DNA of 64,000 nucleotides, taken from the sequence record LC819006.1. One strand, given 5' to 3'. Made by a program: the position numbers and the translations under genes. The notes below the pieces were generated by a model that saw only the letters and a list, made by a program, of their open reading frames with translations, was not told the DNA's origin and made no database searches. How positions within the stretch are numbered: the stretch's first letter is position 1; the number at the start of each line of letters is the position of its first letter. This document shows positions 37,201 to 46,590 of the stretch, piece after piece.

Positions 37201-38737
37201 GCTCGATATGCATTGCATCGACGAGCGTGCCCTTCCCGCCGAACGGATGGGGAATCGTTTTGTACTTTTCAGTGAGGTTCGACAGACGACGATACTCGGC
37301 AGCAGTCAGAAGACCAGCCTCAGCGAGAACGCCAATGCGATCTTTCGTCTTGTGTTCGTAAGGACGCGTGTCATCGACGGCCAGAGGCAAGACTTCGCCA
37401 GTAACCGGATTCACGATGTCCCGTGACTCTTCACTACTGTTGAGCTTTTCGAGCTCAGCGAGATCAGCATCGATCATCGCGTTGATGTCGTCCGTGATTT
37501 CGAACCTGGAGGAATCTTCATCCTCGTGCTCAGTGAGCTTGGCTGCATTGCGAAGAAGTTCTTCGCTAGATTTCACCTCGGGCCCTTTTAAGCTCTTGGA
37601 TGAGACCGTCGAGTCCGCCAGGTCTACGTCTTTTTTTACGGCGATTTCCTCCTCGTCCGCTGCACGCGGGAGTCCTTCATCGTCGTGTTCCGGTTCTTCT
37701 TCCGGAGTTTCTTTACCGAGCAGTGCTTCTGCTTCCTGCTTGGCGATGTCCTTCGGAGAAACCAGCTTGTCTGCTGCCGCAGCATTCGCATCGATTGCAG
37801 TAACCGAGCGCGCGGACATGAGCACCATGTACATGCGCAGAATGTACTTCTGCAGCTGCTTGTTGTTGTACGAAACGCTATCGATCTTGCGAACGTCCTT
37901 GGCCTGCATCTTGCCAGTCTTGACGTCCTGCTTCACCTGGTCGTGGTACGCTTCGTTGACGCTCTTTTGCCAGTAGTACAGGCGCTCCAGGTTCACCGAG
38001 ATCCACGAGTTCGCATCTTCGATGATGAAGTTGATGAACCGGTAGTTCTTCGGCTCGATACGATCGAAAATGTTTGCAGGCTTCTTGCCTTCGTCATCAG
38101 GCTCCATCAGGAACTTCCACAACTCCAACAGGAAACGAGCACCGTCGGAATGGAAGATCTTGAGCGAGTTCTGATCCATGTTCTTGCTGGCAGTGTTCAG
38201 GCGACTGATTGCCGGCAGGACTTCAGGGGTCTTAACGATGAGGAACTGATTGCGCTGCGAAGCGTTCGCTGCAATGTTCATCTCGCTGGTGACCGTATGC
38301 ATCAGGTCGAACCAGGCATTGTAATCCGCATAGAGCGAACGGATATACTTGTAGTTGTGATGGACAACGGCGTAATTGGTTACGACCATCGTCTTCGGAT
38401 CTTTCGGCATCTTCTCCAGATCCAGCAGCTTGCGGAACCGCCGATTGCGGACGAAGTAGCCGCGCAGAATCGGATTCGCATCGAACGTCACCCGACGGGG
38501 TTCGTGGGGCGGATCGATGAGTCTGAGCGGAGTGTAGATCAGGATGGGTTTGGTAATGCCCTTAAAGAGCGGATGATCCGAACCCGGCCCGACATCGATC
38601 TTACTTTCTGCAACGTAATGCAAGAGCGAGTTTTGAGGGAGCTCCATATCCTGAAGCGTCGAAACGATAGGGGCAACCAATTGGCCGCCCTTACGAATCA
38701 TCCTCGCTCTCTCAAAGTTCTGATAAAGAAGGTTCAT
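34286..38737 (-). CDS. rpoB: Virion RNA polymerase beta subunit, N-terminal/main part (phiKZ gp178-like)
   Basis: 1483 aa; RIKGYERIAG, TFTGAGGRS, ISEATKDSGEVG, DDMKRMGFISIQHEH and GVGDKIVLVNQLKSII match beta conserved regions. Confidence 0.9.
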   Translation of the reverse strand: MNLLYQNFERARMIRKGGQLVAPIVSTLQDMELPQNSLLHYVAESKIDVGPGSDHPLFKGITKPILIYTPLRLIDPPHEPRRVTFDANPILRGYFVRNRRFRKLLDLEKMPKDPKTMVVTNYAVVHHNYKYIRSLYADYNAWFDLMHTVTSEMNIAANASQRNQFLIVKTPEVLPAISRLNTASKNMDQNSLKIFHSDGARFLLELWKFLMEPDDEGKKPANIFDRIEPKNYRFINFIIEDANSWISVNLERLYYWQKSVNEAYHDQVKQDVKTGKMQAKDVRKIDSVSYNNKQLQKYILRMYMVLMSARSVTAIDANAAAADKLVSPKDIAKQEAEALLGKETPEEEPEHDDEGLPRAADEEEIAVKKDVDLADSTVSSKSLKGPEVKSSEELLRNAAKLTEHEDEDSSRFEITDDINAMIDADLAELEKLNSSEESRDIVNPVTGEVLPLAVDDTRPYEHKTKDRIGVLAEAGLLTAAEYRRLSNLTEKYKTIPHPFGGKGTLVDAMHIEPHELHVDTKHIAAPNAVVVDGSMLHSSIEVSQQKYIKHTLPKHILRMITHVQSANVMLDHLEVEKTETIQGTNQNFVARIVPVEGAPTTLRFPIPEINEDGTYTANGVKYAMRNQRGDFPIRKVAPNRVAITSYYGKFFIYRSRKAVNDYQQWLINEVMSLGFDNSIDVVTDIKTANVFHMNIKAPRSVSALAHQIKEFTLQNVEKEKFVFHLDLSKIEDNFNMEVVGPWIKKGFVPIAISDKRKIIYYEGDSFYLIQGETVKPLGEMEEILGLDMSGMPAEFVEIKIAGKYVPIGMILAWDYGLTELIKRLKIKTRRVPVGTRTQQQPDEVALVFSDETLLFSKNDRLACLLLGGFQEFRRIIRGFSITDFDHPGVYQNVLDTTGGGTRVLREITLARDMFVDPITKDVLLHLKEPTDFMGILVFATELLLDDMHRPELDMSEMRIKGYERIAGAVYQELVRSMRAHNGRPGKSRYPIEMKPFAIWQALAEDPSIVVVKDINPIANLKMREEVTFTGAGGRSKDTMTAATREYGKNDIGIISEATKDSGEVGINTYLAPNPQLTNTLGMPVEPDKKDLAMSSIFSSSVLASPGATRDDMKRMGFISIQHEHGVAVTGQMENILSTGYDRVIPHRASELFAVTAKQKGKVTEVTDHGITVQYEDGTTKGYPLGRQYGENAGMTIPHTLVTNLKVGTKFIEGDAITFNKGFFKPDTLNPRQVVWCNGTYAHFALCEPADVIEDASVISQELADMLMTEQTKQRTIIVSFKQAIARLIKVGEAVKYDDVLMIIQDEITSGLDLYDEADIDSLKALGSQAPKAKYDGVVERIEVFYRGDKEDMSDSIKKIVAASDREIGHRRKSAGKKVVTGEVDEGFKVKGNSIPLDSVAIRIYITGPEPAGVGDKIVLVNQLKSIIGKVIKEPMKAEDGTKILGRFSYTSIARRIVNSPDIVGTTTAILMKGAELVVAAYDS

Positions 38738-38748
38738 GAAAAGTCCTG

Positions 38749-40365
38749 TTAACGGGTCAGGTTGAAGCAGACGAGTTTCGCCGTATCAACCACCGCAGAA
38801 GCGATGAGTCGACCCTTCGGATCAACATAGGCAATTTTCTTTTTGAAGAGATCGTTGACCTCTTTAACGCCCTCGTCAGTGTAGAGCGCGTTGGCCGAAG
38901 ACGTGTCGCCGTCGAAGTCTGCATTGAGCAGCGCGAGGCGAATCATGTTCGGACAGATGGTGTTGATGAAGGCTTCGCCACGAATCGGGAAGGACATCAC
39001 GTAGTCGTCTTCGTGACGTTCCCAATTGTCGTCCAACACCCAACGCTTTTCGCTGTTGGTGGTCGTTTTGATATACCCGATAGACGGGTAGATCGAGCCC
39101 AGAGATGCGACGGGGTAACGCGTCACAAACAATGGGAGGGTGCTCAATTTTTTTACAACAGACAGATAGATCAGTTCTGCGTAAGTCGCAGGGCTGACAT
39201 TGTTCTTGTCCAGATTGTCGGGCAACTCGCCGATGTCTTGCAGCAGACGAACGGTATTATCCGGGCCACGATAGACCAATGCCAGATAGTGATTGCCCAC
39301 CATGGCAGGCTTGTGACGCATCTCCACGTTCTGAAAGAGCGAGAAGAGTTTGTCGATGCCTTCGTCACTGAAGAACTTATCCCAGTCGTCCGGTTTCAGT
39401 TGCACGTTCTCCTGCTTGAACGTGTTCTTATTTACCAGCTTGACAGGCGAGCCCGGTCCGTTGTGAACTTTCGAGAGGAAGTTGTTTTTGAACTCGAAGA
39501 TAGCCACTGGACGACAGGCGCGGATTGCCTGGTAGAGTCCGTAGACCGTATGGTTCGGTCCGACGTTGCCGGGGTCGCCGAGTTCGGTGATGCCTTCATC
39601 CAGAGGCGAGATAACATTTCGCGTACCGTCCGCAATGTGTCGTGAAGCCCACTTGCCGAGCACCAGCTTCCGTTTACCGGAGATCAGGTTCTTCAGGCTT
39701 TCGTAGATTTCGTTAAACGTCATCTGCAGCTTAAAGCGCGCAGCGTCCGATACGTCGCGATCCGATGCCTTACCGTCGCCAGGAATGGTGTTAGCTACCA
39801 TCAGCAAGCGTCGATAGATCTTGTTGATTTCGTCTTCTTCACTACGACCATCGTCGCCCATTTGCAGGTCGCGCATGGCAGCAGGAATCACCATGACCTT
39901 ATCGGTCAAGGCAACATGCTTGTAATTGACGATAAGCTTCTGAGCTTCCATCTTCTCAGGAGACTTGGTCGGCTGCAACTTGATGTCTTTCCAGTGCTGC
40001 ATGAAGAACCGGAAACCAGTTTTCCCGTTGATGGGATCGCTGGGCATGAAGTCGCCTTCCTTGTCGTCCCAAACGGCATAACCCTTACCGGACACGATGT
40101 CCATGTAAAGATGTTTGTTGCCCACCAGCGCGTTGAAAATGGCCGGGTGGAACACTTGCGTTTTGACGTTGATGTAGCTGAATTTCTCGGCCCGCATTTC
40201 TTCGCCGACCTTACCGAAGATCAGCGCAGAAAACAAACCATCGGGGTGGAAGTTGATCCCGGAGTTGTCGAAGATATCCAATGCCGATACGGGCCGGAGG
40301 TTCTTCAGACGTTCATCCTTTGGATCAAGAATCTTGATATTAAAAGGTACATTGATAGGCTTCAC
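38749..40365 (-). CDS. rpoC: Virion RNA polymerase beta' catalytic subunit (phiKZ gp180-like)
   Basis: Catalytic NADFDGD motif; FHPDGLFS..IFG, TRYP and GKWASRHIADGTRNVI. Confidence 0.93.
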   Translation of the reverse strand: MKPINVPFNIKILDPKDERLKNLRPVSALDIFDNSGINFHPDGLFSALIFGKVGEEMRAEKFSYINVKTQVFHPAIFNALVGNKHLYMDIVSGKGYAVWDDKEGDFMPSDPINGKTGFRFFMQHWKDIKLQPTKSPEKMEAQKLIVNYKHVALTDKVMVIPAAMRDLQMGDDGRSEEDEINKIYRRLLMVANTIPGDGKASDRDVSDAARFKLQMTFNEIYESLKNLISGKRKLVLGKWASRHIADGTRNVISPLDEGITELGDPGNVGPNHTVYGLYQAIRACRPVAIFEFKNNFLSKVHNGPGSPVKLVNKNTFKQENVQLKPDDWDKFFSDEGIDKLFSLFQNVEMRHKPAMVGNHYLALVYRGPDNTVRLLQDIGELPDNLDKNNVSPATYAELIYLSVVKKLSTLPLFVTRYPVASLGSIYPSIGYIKTTTNSEKRWVLDDNWERHEDDYVMSFPIRGEAFINTICPNMIRLALLNADFDGDTSSANALYTDEGVKEVNDLFKKKIAYVDPKGRLIASAVVDTAKLVCFNLTR

Positions 40366-40393
40366 ACTGAATCCTTAACGGAGTAATCGAGGT

Positions 40394-43300
40394 ATGGCGT
40401 CTAAAAAGAAACGCGGCGGGCGCGATGATTTCGATTTCGATAGCGACTTGGACTTTGACATTCCTGACTTCGGGGGCGATAACCCCGAAGCCACGAGTAA
40501 GAGTCGTAAACCGATTTCTGTTGGCCTTAAGTCAGCAGCGGCAGGGTTTGGCAAGACGTTCGCCAATGAGGCACGTCTGCGTAAAACTCTGACGAAATCA
40601 CTGCCCAAAGAGTACGAAGAACCGATCTCGAAAGCATTCGAGATCAAAGATGGGTTTCGGGATCTATACAATACCAGTTCGTCCCAAGCCAGCGAAATCG
40701 TTCGTGAGACCAAACGTTCAGTCGGGCGGATCACGAGAAACCTGGAGTCTGCACTTCCCAAAAAGCTGGCTGAAAAGCTCAAAGCGTGGGGCGACTCTGC
40801 TGATTCGGATACCGTAGGTAACCTGTCGAAAAGTGAAGTAGAGCAAGGCACGATCGATTCGGCCTTTGCATCCATCTTCGCCCAGACTCAGCAGGCTCAG
40901 GCTGATAACGAAAAGAAGCGCGACGCACGTCAGGTCATTCAGGACCAGATCGATCAAAAGCGTCATAAGGACATGACGTCTATCCTGGGGTCGATTGACA
41001 ACTCGCTTTTGCAGTTGGCAACATTCCAGGATAAGATCCAGACCAACTACATGAAGAAGTCGTTGGAGCTTCAGTTCCGTTCGTACTTTGTACAGAACGA
41101 CATGCTGGCGCTTCAGACGAAGTTCTTTGACGAATTCAAGAAAGACCTTCAGGCGATCACGAAGAACACAGGGCTTCCTGATTACGTCAAGAAGGCGCCG
41201 AAAGAAGCTCTCATGGAGCTCATGCGGCAAAAGACCTTCGATTCGCTTTCGAACACCATTTCCAAAAAGCGTAACCAGTGGCTCTCCGGCGTTTTCAAGA
41301 AAGCGCAGGGTAAGATCTCCGAGACACTCGGTAACGTCAAGGACGGCCTGGGAATGGTTCTCGACGGGGTTGAAACCGGCTCCAGTATGTATGGTTCTGG
41401 TTTCGGTCCGTCGGGTGAAGAACTTGTCGGCGATCTCGCTGGCGGTTTCGCGGGGAACAAAGCACAAGACTGGTTGGCTAAGAAGATTCGGGCCCAGATG
41501 GTCAAGAATCCGAAAGCAGTCAAGTTCGGGAACAAAGCCAATCAAGTCTTATCAAATCTGCCGCAGTGGATGGGCAACCAGCTGGAAAACGGCAAGTACG
41601 CTGACAAGATTCCTGAATGGCTGAAGGATATCCTCAAGCCCGATACGGAGTCCTCTGGCGTCAATCTGAGCCGTGAAGTCGATCTCGATCGTGCAGCACG
41701 TTGGTCGGATAAGAATTCGCGTTCTCTGAATGTCGTGATTCCGGAACTGCTCTCGAAGATCCATCACGAGCTCTACGTTACCCGCACGGGCGACGTAAGC
41801 GCTAAACCTTTGGCGTATGACTACGAAAAGGGCAAGTTCGTCACATCGAAAGAACGTCAGGCTCAACTGGCGGACACGATTGTTTCGAACCGTACGAAAG
41901 AATCGACGAAGCACCAGGTCGACAACATCTTCAAGGAAATCGATCCGAAGGGTGAGATCGATCCGAAAACTCGTAAGGCGATTGCTGCACGCATTTATGG
42001 CGCTAACAAACGCAATGTCTATTTCGACAAAGATAACATCCTGTCGCATGAAGTACTGGGCGATCACGATGATGCACGTCGCAAGTTCGAAGAGTATCTC
42101 GAAAACGACGAGCAGGGCCACAAAGAACGACGTCTCACTAACATGTTCGGTCGTGTTGGCGGAGACAACGGTGAAGTCAAGGATGTGATCCAGGATCTTA
42201 TTGACCAAGGACGCCACGGCGAACTGGCCGATATGGGATTGCTGGATCTGAAGACTGGCCGTATCAACATGGAAAAAGTTCGCGAGATGGAACTGAGTCA
42301 TGTTGGTAAAACTGTGAAGTCTGCAAATGGTAACATCTTCTCGGGCGGTAACGTCCAGATGTTTGCCAAGGGCGGTGCATTCACGAACAAGATCGTACGT
42401 CGTCCTACCGCTTTCCCGATGAAGGGTGGAAAGACAGGTATCATGGGCGAAGCAGGTCCTGAAGCGATCATGCCTTTGTCGCGTGACAAAGATGGTCGTC
42501 TGGGCGTTAAAGTCCAGAAGGGCAAAACTGAACAAGCCGTTGAGGAAATCCTCGGCATCCTGAAACGCTTCGAAGCGAAAGGCTTTGGTGGCGGTATGAT
42601 GGATCCTGAAATGCTCGAAGCTTATCTGTCTGGCAAGATGGATGATGCCAAGGGTTATTTCGGTAAGGGCGGTGCAGCCCTCAAGAAGCTGGGTCTGGGC
42701 GCGGCAGGTTCCATTTGGGGCGGCGCCAAGAACTCCTATCGTCGCAGCCGCATCATGGCTCGTAAAGCCAAAAAGATGGTTTTCGGCGGTGGCGCCTCCG
42801 CTCTTGACTGGCTGGGTAAACAGAAAGACAAATTCGATCTGTATATCGGTAACGAAGTCGAGCCTCGTCTGTCAAAGATGAAGCTCGAAGCTGGCCGATA
42901 CGTCGATGCGAAGACCGGTAAGGTCATCGAGAAGTACGAAGATATCAAAGGCGACATCAAAGATCTTGATACGGATGAGATCGTTCTCAGGGCCACTGAG
43001 ATCAAGGACGGTATTCTCAAAAACTTCGAGACGGGTAAGTCGGTGTTGTTGCGACTGACTGGCTGGGGTAAATCTGCGATCAAGCAAGCATACGAAAAAA
43101 CCAAAGCGACCATTGCGAAAGCGACGGGTCTCTCCAAGCTTCTCTCTAGCACGGCTTACAACAGCGTGAAGAAAGCTTATGAATTTTACACGGACGGGCC
43201 ACAAGACGTGTATCTGAAGGACCAGTACGAAACACCGGTTCTTCTCAAGCGCATCATGGCGCAAGGATTGTATTTCGATAAAGCAACTCTCGATCCGATC

Positions 43301-46300
43301 TCGAAGGTGAGTCAGATCAAGGGTCCTGTTGTCGATAACGAAGAAAATGTCCTTATCACCAAGGAAGACTTGGCCAATGGTCTGTACGACAAGGAAGGTA
43401 AGGAAATCAAGACCGGCTTTGACAAGATTGCATCTTTCGTAGGTGCATCTATCAAGGGCGCGATTGGAACCTACAAGAAGCTGTTGGGTAAGGGCAAGGA
43501 CATGGGGATGCGAGCGATGGCTTGGCTCAAGAATCTCTTTGGCTTTGATTCGCCCTTCACAGTCTTCAGCAGCCGTACGAATGACATTCTGACGGCAATG
43601 TATGCCATGCTCAATGATCGCTTGCCTGGCGAGCGCTCACCTGACCTGGATTCCATGATTGGCAAGGGTTCGTCTGGTTCTACCAAGGACACTGTCAATA
43701 AGGCTGGCAAAGCCGCGGGAGCTTTCAAAGAAGGCTTCATGAAGCGCTGGAATAAAGGTAAGGATCAGGCACAGGCTAAAGCCGATGAACTCAAGGCGCG
43801 TTTGCCGGGAGATATCGAGAACGCCAAACAGAAAGCACGTGACCTCCATGGTCAGGCTTCTGACAAACTGAACGAATGGAAAGACGAGCATTGGGATAAG
43901 GCAGAGCAACAGGTTCGTGAAAAGCTTGGTCGAGGGAAGGACCGAGTTGTAGACGGACTGCATGCTGTTGTCGACACCCTGCGCGCGCGTCTGCCCGAAC
44001 AGAAAGCCAAGGTTGAAGGCGATAGCAATGGCGATGGTGTTCGCGATGGTTCCATCGATGACCTCCGTGCCAAACGTGCTAAAGTCAAGGAAGAAAAAGA
44101 GAAGGAAAAGAAGGAAGCCGAACAGTCTGCTGAAAAGGGCAGTACCAAGGGCGCCTGGGCGGCATTGTCCGCATTCTTCAAAAAGAATAAAGGCGAGGAC
44201 GAAGAGAAGGGTGATCACTCTCTCCTCGAAGACGCCGAGGATCTCGTAGGCGGCGGTAATGGCGGCAAGGCTGAGAAAGCCGGTAAGGGCCTGAAGAAGG
44301 CTAGCCGTTGGGAAAGGATGATGCCTAAGGGCAAAGGCTTGGGTTCCAAGCTTCTGCGTGGCGGCATGAAAGCAATCGGCGGTATTGGCAAGCTCGGCCT
44401 GAAGTTTGGCGGCGCTCTCCTGGGCGGTGGTTTGCTTAGCGCGGAAACGCTGCTGGGTGGGTTGTCGCTCGTGGGTTCTGCTCTGGGCATGACTGCCACT
44501 GCAATCGGTGCAATCATTTCGTCTCCCGTTACCGTTCCGCTCCTGGTAGCTGCTGGTGTTGGTGCCGCAGGGTACTTCGCCTATAAGTGGCTTACCAAGC
44601 CGGATCCTCAACCAATCGAAAAGGTACGACTCGTGCAGTATGGCTTTAAGGCCAACGACATCGAAGCGTACAAGAAGATGAAGAGTCTGGAGCAGCAACT
44701 TGCCCCAGCAGTAGTCTTCAAGGGTGAGAAGGCAGAATTCGATCCCAAGAAAGTTGATCTGAAGCAGGCGATGAAGCTTTACGGCTTGAACCCGGAAAGC
44801 AAGGACGATGCGGAGAAGTTCGTGTCGTGGTTCGCTGATCGCTTCCGTCCGGTCTACCTCCAACACAGAGCGCTGATCGTGACATCGAAGTCTCCGAAGC
44901 CTCTGGAAGACGTTGACGATAACAAGCCTGATTTCAAGCAGTCCTATCTGGATCAGTGTTTGTTCCCGGGTGGTCATTACAACGTCACGACCAATCCCTT
45001 CAAGGGCAAGGACTATCTGCCTACCGCGCAGTATTCGGTGGAACAGCAGATCAAGGCCGCGAAGGAAGAAGTCGAGAAAGAAGGCTCCAAGAAACAAGAT
45101 ACCAACAAGGCTGATGCTCCGAAGCCTGCTGGAGGTGTAGCTGCCGCCGCTCTCGCTAAAAACGAAGCGGATAAGAAAGCACACGAAGCTGATCAAAAGA
45201 AGAATGATTCGACCTTGACTCCTGCCCAGAAAGATCCGAGGCATGATTCCGACAAGGTCATGGCGCAAAATCGCCTGGCTGCTGCAACTGTTGGTGCTAA
45301 CGAGGGCCCCGGAGGCCCCGGCCGTCAACCTGGAGATCCGATTACCGGACCTTCTGGCCCTGACGGATCTGCTAAACCGGCAAAGTCCAAACCTGGCGTT
45401 AAGCCGATGAGCGGTGCCGCAGCACTGGTGAAAGAAACACTCCTGAAAGACATGCCGAAGTACGGGATTACTTCCCCGAACCAGCAGGCTGCCCTCCTGG
45501 GCAATATCGAACACGAATCCGGTTTCATGCCGATTTCGGAGAATCTGAATTACAAGCCCACCCAGCTGATGAAGTTGTGGCCTAACCGTTTCCCTGATTC
45601 GGGTAAGGCTCAGCAAGTTGCATCGCAAGGCCCTCAAGGCATTGCGAACAACATCTACGGCGGTCGGATGGGCAACACGGATACCAACGATGGTTGGGAT
45701 TACCGTGGTCGCGGCCCTCTCCAGATTACTGGTAAGAGTAACTACGCGGCTGTCGGTAAGGCGATGGGTAAAGACATCGTCAATGATCCGGACAAGCTTA
45801 TCACCGATCCTCAGACCGCAGCTGACTCTGCTCTGGCCTACTGGAAACTCAACCCTGCGCTCGGTAAGAACGCAGACGCTGGGAACTTCCAGAAAGTTCG
45901 ACAGATGATCAACGGTGGTGGTATCGGAGCAGATGACGCAAATGCACGCGTGCAGAGTTATCTGGACAAAATCAAGAATGGCGAACTGCAAGTGGGTGGT
46001 TCGTCGTCTGGCCCTGGCGGTACGATCACTCCTACGGGAACGGTCGATTCGCCTAAGCCTTCTACAGCTAACGTGGCGTCGAATCCGAATTCGGGTCCGG
46101 CACCTGATGCTTACCGACAAGCGTCCAAGGCTGAACCGACTGCGACGACTCCGTCTCAATTGGTTAGCTCTCCGCGTCCGACGTATGATCCGAGCTCTGG
46201 TGGTGGTGCGGCCATGAGTTCGAGCTCTGCGCCTTCGCAAAACGCTTACGTACAACGCAATACCCAACTGAACGCTGGTGATTCCCTTGACATCATGAAG

Positions 46301-46513
46301 CAAGGTCTCAAGGAATCGCAAACTCAGACTGGGCTTCTCCAACGCATCGCAGATGGTATCGACAAACTCAACTCCAGATTCGATAAGAACATGGGCGGTG
46401 GAGATAGTCAGACGCCAGCTGCCGGTAGCGACGAGAAGAGTAACTACGGCAAGCCTCCCGCTCCGATGACGGCGCCGTCATTGGGATTCCGCCGACAACT
46501 TGCTAACGTTTAA
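40394..46513 (+). CDS. Large tail protein/tape measure with a C-terminal GH19-type peptidoglycan hydrolase (phiKZ gp181-like)
   Basis: 2039 aa, mostly helical, divergent from beta' as in phiKZ. GH19 motifs HESGF..ISENLNY, YGGRMGN..DGWDYRGRGPLQITGKSNY and INGGGIG at about 45420-45980. Confidence 0.85.
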   Translation: MASKKKRGGRDDFDFDSDLDFDIPDFGGDNPEATSKSRKPISVGLKSAAAGFGKTFANEARLRKTLTKSLPKEYEEPISKAFEIKDGFRDLYNTSSSQASEIVRETKRSVGRITRNLESALPKKLAEKLKAWGDSADSDTVGNLSKSEVEQGTIDSAFASIFAQTQQAQADNEKKRDARQVIQDQIDQKRHKDMTSILGSIDNSLLQLATFQDKIQTNYMKKSLELQFRSYFVQNDMLALQTKFFDEFKKDLQAITKNTGLPDYVKKAPKEALMELMRQKTFDSLSNTISKKRNQWLSGVFKKAQGKISETLGNVKDGLGMVLDGVETGSSMYGSGFGPSGEELVGDLAGGFAGNKAQDWLAKKIRAQMVKNPKAVKFGNKANQVLSNLPQWMGNQLENGKYADKIPEWLKDILKPDTESSGVNLSREVDLDRAARWSDKNSRSLNVVIPELLSKIHHELYVTRTGDVSAKPLAYDYEKGKFVTSKERQAQLADTIVSNRTKESTKHQVDNIFKEIDPKGEIDPKTRKAIAARIYGANKRNVYFDKDNILSHEVLGDHDDARRKFEEYLENDEQGHKERRLTNMFGRVGGDNGEVKDVIQDLIDQGRHGELADMGLLDLKTGRINMEKVREMELSHVGKTVKSANGNIFSGGNVQMFAKGGAFTNKIVRRPTAFPMKGGKTGIMGEAGPEAIMPLSRDKDGRLGVKVQKGKTEQAVEEILGILKRFEAKGFGGGMMDPEMLEAYLSGKMDDAKGYFGKGGAALKKLGLGAAGSIWGGAKNSYRRSRIMARKAKKMVFGGGASALDWLGKQKDKFDLYIGNEVEPRLSKMKLEAGRYVDAKTGKVIEKYEDIKGDIKDLDTDEIVLRATEIKDGILKNFETGKSVLLRLTGWGKSAIKQAYEKTKATIAKATGLSKLLSSTAYNSVKKAYEFYTDGPQDVYLKDQYETPVLLKRIMAQGLYFDKATLDPISKVSQIKGPVVDNEENVLITKEDLANGLYDKEGKEIKTGFDKIASFVGASIKGAIGTYKKLLGKGKDMGMRAMAWLKNLFGFDSPFTVFSSRTNDILTAMYAMLNDRLPGERSPDLDSMIGKGSSGSTKDTVNKAGKAAGAFKEGFMKRWNKGKDQAQAKADELKARLPGDIENAKQKARDLHGQASDKLNEWKDEHWDKAEQQVREKLGRGKDRVVDGLHAVVDTLRARLPEQKAKVEGDSNGDGVRDGSIDDLRAKRAKVKEEKEKEKKEAEQSAEKGSTKGAWAALSAFFKKNKGEDEEKGDHSLLEDAEDLVGGGNGGKAEKAGKGLKKASRWERMMPKGKGLGSKLLRGGMKAIGGIGKLGLKFGGALLGGGLLSAETLLGGLSLVGSALGMTATAIGAIISSPVTVPLLVAAGVGAAGYFAYKWLTKPDPQPIEKVRLVQYGFKANDIEAYKKMKSLEQQLAPAVVFKGEKAEFDPKKVDLKQAMKLYGLNPESKDDAEKFVSWFADRFRPVYLQHRALIVTSKSPKPLEDVDDNKPDFKQSYLDQCLFPGGHYNVTTNPFKGKDYLPTAQYSVEQQIKAAKEEVEKEGSKKQDTNKADAPKPAGGVAAAALAKNEADKKAHEADQKKNDSTLTPAQKDPRHDSDKVMAQNRLAAATVGANEGPGGPGRQPGDPITGPSGPDGSAKPAKSKPGVKPMSGAAALVKETLLKDMPKYGITSPNQQAALLGNIEHESGFMPISENLNYKPTQLMKLWPNRFPDSGKAQQVASQGPQGIANNIYGGRMGNTDTNDGWDYRGRGPLQITGKSNYAAVGKAMGKDIVNDPDKLITDPQTAADSALAYWKLNPALGKNADAGNFQKVRQMINGGGIGADDANARVQSYLDKIKNGELQVGGSSSGPGGTITPTGTVDSPKPSTANVASNPNSGPAPDAYRQASKAEPTATTPSQLVSSPRPTYDPSSGGGAAMSSSSAPSQNAYVQRNTQLNAGDSLDIMKQGLKESQTQTGLLQRIADGIDKLNSRFDKNMGGGDSQTPAAGSDEKSNYGKPPAPMTAPSLGFRRQLANV

Positions 46514-46520
46514 ACGAAAG

Positions 46521-46554
46521 AATACACAGGTGGCCGACGGGCCACCTGTGTATT
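46521..46554 (+). terminator. Hairpin
   Basis: AATACACAGGTGGCC-gacg-GGCCACCTGTGTATT. Confidence 0.6.
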
Positions 46555-46590
46555 TAATATGATTCGACGTAATTTCTAACAGGAGTAGCG

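Noticed and set aside
1388-40365. Inteins or introns in polymerase, terminase or RNAP genes
   Set aside because: Lengths fit intein-free phiKZ orthologs, and I saw no LAGLIDADG/HNH motif, splice-junction motif or interrupted frame.
43637-46342. 901-aa minus-strand ORF; likewise 24367-26238, 35738-37426, 54676-56052 and 27529-28842
   Set aside because: These are shadow frames of strongly biased genes that carry recognisable motifs on the opposite strand.
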